This document shows, piece after piece, positions 57,865 to 64,000 of a stretch of DNA of 64,000 nt (the stretch's first letter is position 1; every line of letters starts with the position of its first letter). The notes below the pieces were generated by a model. It had not been told where the DNA came from. It did not search any database and saw only the letters and a program-made list of their open reading frames with translations. The translations under genes were made by a program, and so were the position numbers. This DNA is from Octopus vulgaris (Eukaryota): the NCBI GenBank assembly GCA_951406725.2, contig OX597830.1:15004001-15068000 (forward strand), written 5' to 3'.

Positions 57865-58680
57865 AGATTGGTTTCAAATTCTGGCACGGGGCCAACAATT
57901 TTGGAGTGGGCTAAGCTGGTTACATCGACCCCAGTGTTCAGCTGGTAATTATTTTATCAACTCTAAAAGGGATGAAAAGCAAAGACGAACCCGGCAGCAT
58001 TTGAACTGAGAATGTAAAGTCAGCTGAAACTTCGCCAAGCATTTTGCCCGGCGCAGTAACGATTCCTACAGCTTGTCGCCTTAACTATAATAATACTTTC
58101 TAGCATAGGCACAAGGCCTGAAAAGCTGAGGGTGGGGCTAGTCGATTACATCGACCTCAGTCCTCAACCGGTACTTATTTTATCGACCCTGAAAGGAAGA
58201 AAGCAAACTCGATCTCTGCGAAATTTAAACTCAATACGTAAAGATGGACGAAATGCTTATTTCTTTACTACCCACAAGGGGCTAAACACAGAGGGGACAA
58301 ACAAGGACAGACAAACGGATTAAGTCGATTACATCGACCCCAGTGCGTAACTGGTACTTAATTTATCGACCCCGAAAGGATGAAAGGCAAAGTCGACCTC
58401 GGCGGAATTTGAACTCAGAACGTAACGGCAGACGAAATACTTTCAAGCATTTCGCCCGGCGCGCTAACGTTTCTGCCAGCTCGCCGCCTTCGATGGACGA
58501 AATGCCGCTATGCATTTTCCTCGGCGAGCCAGCGATTCTGCCAGCTCACCACCTTCTCTATACTAATAATACTGGTTTCAAATTTGGGCACAAGGCCAGG
58601 ACTTTCGGGAGAAGGCATAAATCGATTATATCGATCCCAGTGTTCACCTGGTGTTTATTCTGTCGACCCCAAAAGGATAT
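57865..58680 (-). mobile_element. SINE B cluster including a young copy (58257-58490) nested in an older one with 14-bp TSD
   Basis: GATGGACGAAATGC at 58243-58256 and 58492-58505. Confidence 0.9.
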
Positions 58681-58964
58681 CTCTAATAATGATATTACAA
58701 CAGGTCTTAAATGTGACCAACAGACAGAATTGTTTGCACGTCGGGAAAAATACTTTGTGCCATTTCTTCCGGTTCTTCACGTTCAGGGTTCAAATTCCGC
58801 AGACTGAGGAACAGGCATTATTAGTTTGTTTTCATTTGTTTATGTTTTTAATAATCATTATTAAGAAAGATGGATGGCAGATTGGTAGAGCAGTGGGCAA
58901 AACGTCTTGTACTATCTAAGTCACTATATTCTGGGTTCAAATCCTTCTAATGTCAGTTAGGACC

Positions 58965-59255
58965 AGGTATGGCTTGTTTCCTAGCCATGTGGTCTCAGGT
59001 TCGGTTACATTGTGTGGCATCTTGGTGCGAGTGACTTCTATTATAGCCCCTAACTGACCAAGCCTTATGAGTGGATTTGGTAAATGGAAACTGATGTTGG
59101 TGTGTCTACGTCCCTGTAACTTAGCAGTTTGGCAAAAGAGACTGATAGAATAAGTACTAGGCTTACAAAGAACAAGTCCTGGGGGTCGATATCTTCTAAA
59201 GGCGGTGCTCCAGCATGGCCGCAGTCAAATGACTGAAACGAATAAAAGAATAAAA
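58965..59255 (+). mobile_element. SINE family A lacking the internal microsatellite segment
   Basis: GGAAACTGA joined directly to TGTTGGTGTG. Confidence 0.8.
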
Positions 59256-60084
59256 GAAAAAGAATAAAAAAGTATAAAAGAAGACTACAAATTTGACTTT
59301 ATACAATTGTTTTTTTTTAATCCTTCCAAGGACAAAATACCAGTCAATAACTGGAATCGATATAATCGATATACATCAAATTGTGCACCCAGAAAGATAA
59401 AGTTGCCTTCAGTGGCTTTTGAACTCAGAACACGAAGAACCGGAACCAACTAAGGCCGCAAGGATTTCTGTTAGATACCTTAATGATTCTGCCGATCAAG
59501 CAACAAATACAACTCTCGTTGTTTGTATTTAAATCTGTATTAACTGTTCAAATGATATAATGATCTCCCACAGACACAAGGACAATTTTGATGGTGCAGT
59601 GGGTTTGTATATATTTCGATCGATGTCCAGTATTCGATCGGTTTTGTTTATATCGAAACAATGAGATGTGATCAACGTTGGTATTATTTGACTGTAGAAC
59701 GTAAAGGAACATAATTAAATACCACGTGACAGTTTGTTCAGTGCTCTGCCGATTTTACCACTTCTCTCACTATCAAGAGACTATAAGAACAAAAACCGAA
59801 AGCCTTTCTCGAAGCCTTTCTCTGCGTTCATAAAATTAGTACCAGTGAAAGAAAGAAGTGACAATCACTTTTCGTAGCTCTGTAGTTGTATATGTTTGCG
59901 CGCGTGTGTGTGTGTGTGTGTGTGTGTGTATTTGTGTGCGTGTGTGCGTGTGTGTATATGTGTGTGTGTATGTAAAGGATAGAGAAAAAGAGAGAAAGAT
60001 AGTAATCTCTGTATAGATAGATAGAAAGATAGATAGACAGATACATACATACATATATACATATATATATGTATGTGTATATAG

Positions 60085-60133
<49 letters not shown>

Positions 60134-60181
60134 TGCATACATACGCATACATACATAAACACAGATACTATCATATATGTA

Positions 60182-60254
<73 letters not shown>

Positions 60255-61356
60255 CTATATACATATGCATGTAGGTATGAAGGGTATGAATGTGTGTATA
60301 TAGATATATGCTTAAAGAATAAAATATATGGGTTTGAGTGACACTACTAGAACCTGGAGCTGTGTTTTTCGTTTTCTGAGAACAAAGAATTTTTAATGGC
60401 GCCACATCAGAAAATTAAATATTTTCTTAAGCCTAATGGCTCATAGAAACCTGATTTCTGATAAGTTAAATAGATAAGACTAAATTGTCCTGGATAGAAC
60501 GGTAATCCATGTCAGTGTAATACCCTGATCAAACTGGTTACCAGACTAAGTGACTAGATGATACAAATTTGTTTTCAAAAGTTAACTCGTGTCTATTAGT
60601 AACATACTAAAGCAGTTACTCAGACTTTCTTCCGGTAATACTTAAACCGTCTTTTGGGATTTACAACAGAAGCTTTCTCGTACCGAAACCTTCAAGAAAT
60701 ATTCTACGTATTCTGTAATAATTATTTCCAGCCTTTAAGGTGATGAGCTAACAGAACCGTTAGCACGCCGGAGAAAATACTCAGAGGCATTTCTTCCGGT
60801 TCTTTACCTGAGAGTTTGCCTCTTATACCCCGAGAGTCGATAATATAAGTACCAGTCAAGGAAATGCCGATGAAACTGACGATCCCTCCCCTCTAAAAAT
60901 TCTGGCTTTGTGTCAAAATTAGATTAGATAGGATTATTTTTTTTATTCTTTCTAAATCATTTCTAGCCTCGAAAGCAACAAACCCAGATTCTCAAAACCC
61001 ATTATTCTTTGTATAATTTGAGAGAATAACGAAGGTAGTTCACATGCACACGAAATAGTAATGATCGCCTGGCTCACTGCTAGAGCTCGTGTTGAATACT
61101 GAGGAAGCTCTTCGCACTTATGTTACATATCTGTGTGAGCTTGTCTATTGTGAACACAAGGGAACACAAGTGATTTCTTCTGTGTTTAATATAAGGCTTT
61201 GACAATCTAGTCAAGGTAGTGTTCACTGCAAAAAACCGCTGGGATACGTGAGTGGACGTAAGGACGGTGACGGAAACATAAAGAAGCGAAAAATGATGAT
61301 AGAATGGAACACAAGACATAATGGAAAACGACACAGTTGGTTTATACGTAAATGTA

Positions 61357-61765
61357 GGCGCAGGAGTGGCTGTGTGGTAAGTAGCTTGCTTACCAACCAC
61401 ATGGTTCCGGGTTCAGTCCCACTGCGTGGCACCTTGGGCAAGTGTCTTCTGCTATAGCCCCGGGCCGACCAATGCCTTGTGAGTGGATTTGGTAGACGGA
61501 AACTGAAAGAAGCCTGTCGTATATATGTATATATATATATATGTGTTTGTTTGTGTGTCTGTGTTTGTTCCCCTAGCATTGCTTGACAACCGATGCTGGT
61601 GTGTTTACGTCCCCGTCACTTAGCGGTTCGGCAAAAAAGAGACCGATAGAATAAGTACTGGGCTTACAAAGAATAAGTCCCGGGGTCGATTTGCTCGACT
61701 AAAGGCGGTGCTCCAGCATGGCCGCAGTCAAATGACTGAAACAAGTAAAAGAGTAAGAGAAAGAG
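61357..61765 (+). mobile_element. SINE family A, full-length young copy
   Basis: A box TGGCTGTGTGG, B box GGTTCAGTCCC, CCTTGGGCAAGT motif, internal (TA)(TG), tail with AAAAGAGT repeats. Confidence 0.95.
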
Positions 61766-62174
61766 TATACATATAAGGCCTTTCGGCTATGAGACGGCGT
61801 GTAGACGTGTGTAGAAGCAACACTAATGGGAGAATGTCCTATATGACAGGAAAAGGAAAGTAGAGTGAGAGAGAGAGAGAAAGATAGAAAGAAGAGTGGA
61901 AGAATGGAAGAAATGGATTGGATAGAATGAAAGGTGGAAAAATAAGATGAACTCAGGGCTGAGAGTGAATGCTAAGACGAGAGCCCAAGAGAGAATGCTT
62001 GAACCGGTCAGTGGTCAGGCAGATGGGTCAAATGAGAAACAGGGTGGTGCCTTGGTGTCAAAAGGAAGTGGGAGAGAGGAAACGGATAAGGAAAAGCAAA
62101 GAGTGGGGGGGGAGAAAAGGGTCGTGCAGAGGGGGAAGAGTAAGGGAAACAAATTTCCACCTTGGTCCACTTTG

Positions 62175-62538
62175 TTTTAATATGTCAGGGTCGATAAACT
62201 AAGTATCAGTCAGGTACTGGAGTCCATGTAATCGACTTACTCCTACTCCGATATTGCTGGCCTTGTGCCAAAATTTGAAACCGTTATTATCATTATTATT
62301 ATCATTAATACTATTATCACTACTCTTACCATTTTTCTTTATTCGACTACCATTAAAATTGGTTTCGTATTTTGGCAGAAGACCAACAAGTTCGTGGGAA
62401 GACGGTGTATTGATTACATCGACATCACTGAACAAAGTCGACTTCGGTAGAATTTGAACTCAGAACATAAAGACGGACGAAATGCCGCTAAGCATTTTCT
62501 CCGGCGTGCTAACGATCCTGGCCTGCTCGCCGCCTTAT
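62175..62538. mobile_element. SINE B tail (+) and SINE B (-), tail to tail
   Basis: Family B motifs. Confidence 0.8.
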
Positions 62539-63249
62539 GATCACCATTAATATTGCTACCTTCACTACTCACTCTGAAAATAATTTATAATAACCATCAT
62601 CATCATCACTTGTTTATCTATTTCTTCTTACCTTCATTATAACCATTATTCTCAATATATCTTATTTACTTAATAATTTACTTATTCTCTTCTCCTGCCG
62701 TATCCACATTTCAACTTACGTACATTTTATTTTTTGTTTTTGTAGAGAGGTCTGGTACTTTTGATTTCTGTTTAATTTTGCTCATTTTCTTCGTTTTTTA
62801 CCATTCTGTTTTACATTTACATTTCATATAATTTTTATATTTTTTATAATTTAATAATTTTTTTTCAATTCCTTCAACACTTTTTCAACGTTTTCAACAT
62901 TTTTTCAATACTTCTCTTCAATGTTTTCAACCTATATTTCATTTTTTCAATATCTTTCAATATTTTTTCAATATTTCTTTCATATTTTTAAAAAACATTT
63001 CTTCAATATTTTGAATATTCTCACCGACATTCCCAAAGGTTTGTATTTTTTATTATCCTTTTAATTATTTTATTGATTTTATTTCACTTTTTATCTATAC
63101 TTCTTTATCTTATCTACCACTATTACTGACATTACCATCAACCATTTCAAACATACTTTTGATTTACTTACCATTCCACGAAATCGGTACCCCTGATAAG
63201 ATTCTTTATTCAACCTATTTACTTTACCTTCAATATCGTAATTTTTCTT

Positions 63250-63650
63250 GGAGTGGCTATGGAGTAAGAAGCTTGCTTTACAACCGCATGGTCTTGGGTT
63301 TAATCCCACTGTGTGAAACCTTGGGCGGGTGTCTTCTAATATAGCCTCGGGTTAATCAAAGCCTTGTGAATGAATTTGGTCGATGGAAACTGAAAGGGCG
63401 GCGAGCTGGCAGAAACGTTAACGCGCCGGGCGAAATACTTAGCGGTATATCGTCTGCCGTTACACTCTGAGTTCAAATTCTGCCGAGGTCGATTTTGGCG
63501 TTCATCCTTTCGGGATCGATAAATTAAGTACTAGTTCCGCACTGGAGTCGATGCAATCAATTTAATCCCTTTGTCTGTCCTTGTTTGTCCCCTCTATGTT
63601 TAGCCCCTTGTGGGCAATAAAGAAATAGGAAACTGAAAGAAGCCCGCCAT
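63250..63650 (+). mobile_element. SINE A head with a full SINE B (63397-63627) nested, 12-bp TSD
   Basis: GGAAACTGAAAG at 63385-63396 and 63628-63639. Confidence 0.93.
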
Positions 63651-64000
63651 GTGTGGGTGTGAGAGATAGAGAGAGAGCGAAAGAGAGAAAGAGAGAGGGA
63701 GTAAATCCCATCATTCCTTTACTCGTAACTTACATGGAAATCCTGTGCATTAATAGGCAAACCTTGGAGTAACCAGAGACTGAGTCGCCCCCAAAAAATA
63801 AACAACTTTAAACTCTACTACACTTTCTTCCGGCCATCAATACTGAAAGGAAATACATATATATTGTGTATGTGTTCAGTTAAATATATGACCACTACTG
63901 TACGGGTTATAGTCCCACGTTAAATATCAGTATGTAGTTCTCAGTGTAACTAATTTTGAGAAAACAGAGCATACAGAGTGATGAAGATAAACGCAAATAT

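Noticed and set aside
62560-63120. Pyrimidine-rich tract with TTCAATATTTT-like units
   Set aside because: Low complexity with no regular period or termini.

Overview
Eukaryotic, AT-rich, intergenic or intronic DNA made almost entirely of microsatellites and decayed mobile elements. The SINE families and microsatellite density look like an octopus (coleoid cephalopod) genome; this is pattern recognition, not a database result. I found no intact host gene, rRNA, true tRNA or CRISPR array, and most ORFs in the track are microsatellite artefacts. Recognisable content: three tRNA-headed SINE families (my labels A, B, C; dozens of copies, several nested with 12-16 bp TSDs); LINE relics (HERO-like and R4/Dong-like with restriction-like endonuclease, RTE, CR1); mariner relics and MITEs; an intron-containing DDE-type transposase relic; and many Penelope-like element (PLE) termini. 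The most interesting signal is a set of minimal type I hammerhead-ribozyme motifs in short non-coding elements. One of these elements has a tRNA-like Pol III head, a hammerhead-bearing PLE-type tail and a head-to-head inverted insertion (56.7-57.8 kb), making it a candidate Penelope-mobilised, ribozyme-carrying SINE. Coordinates were counted by eye and boundaries of decayed elements are approximate.
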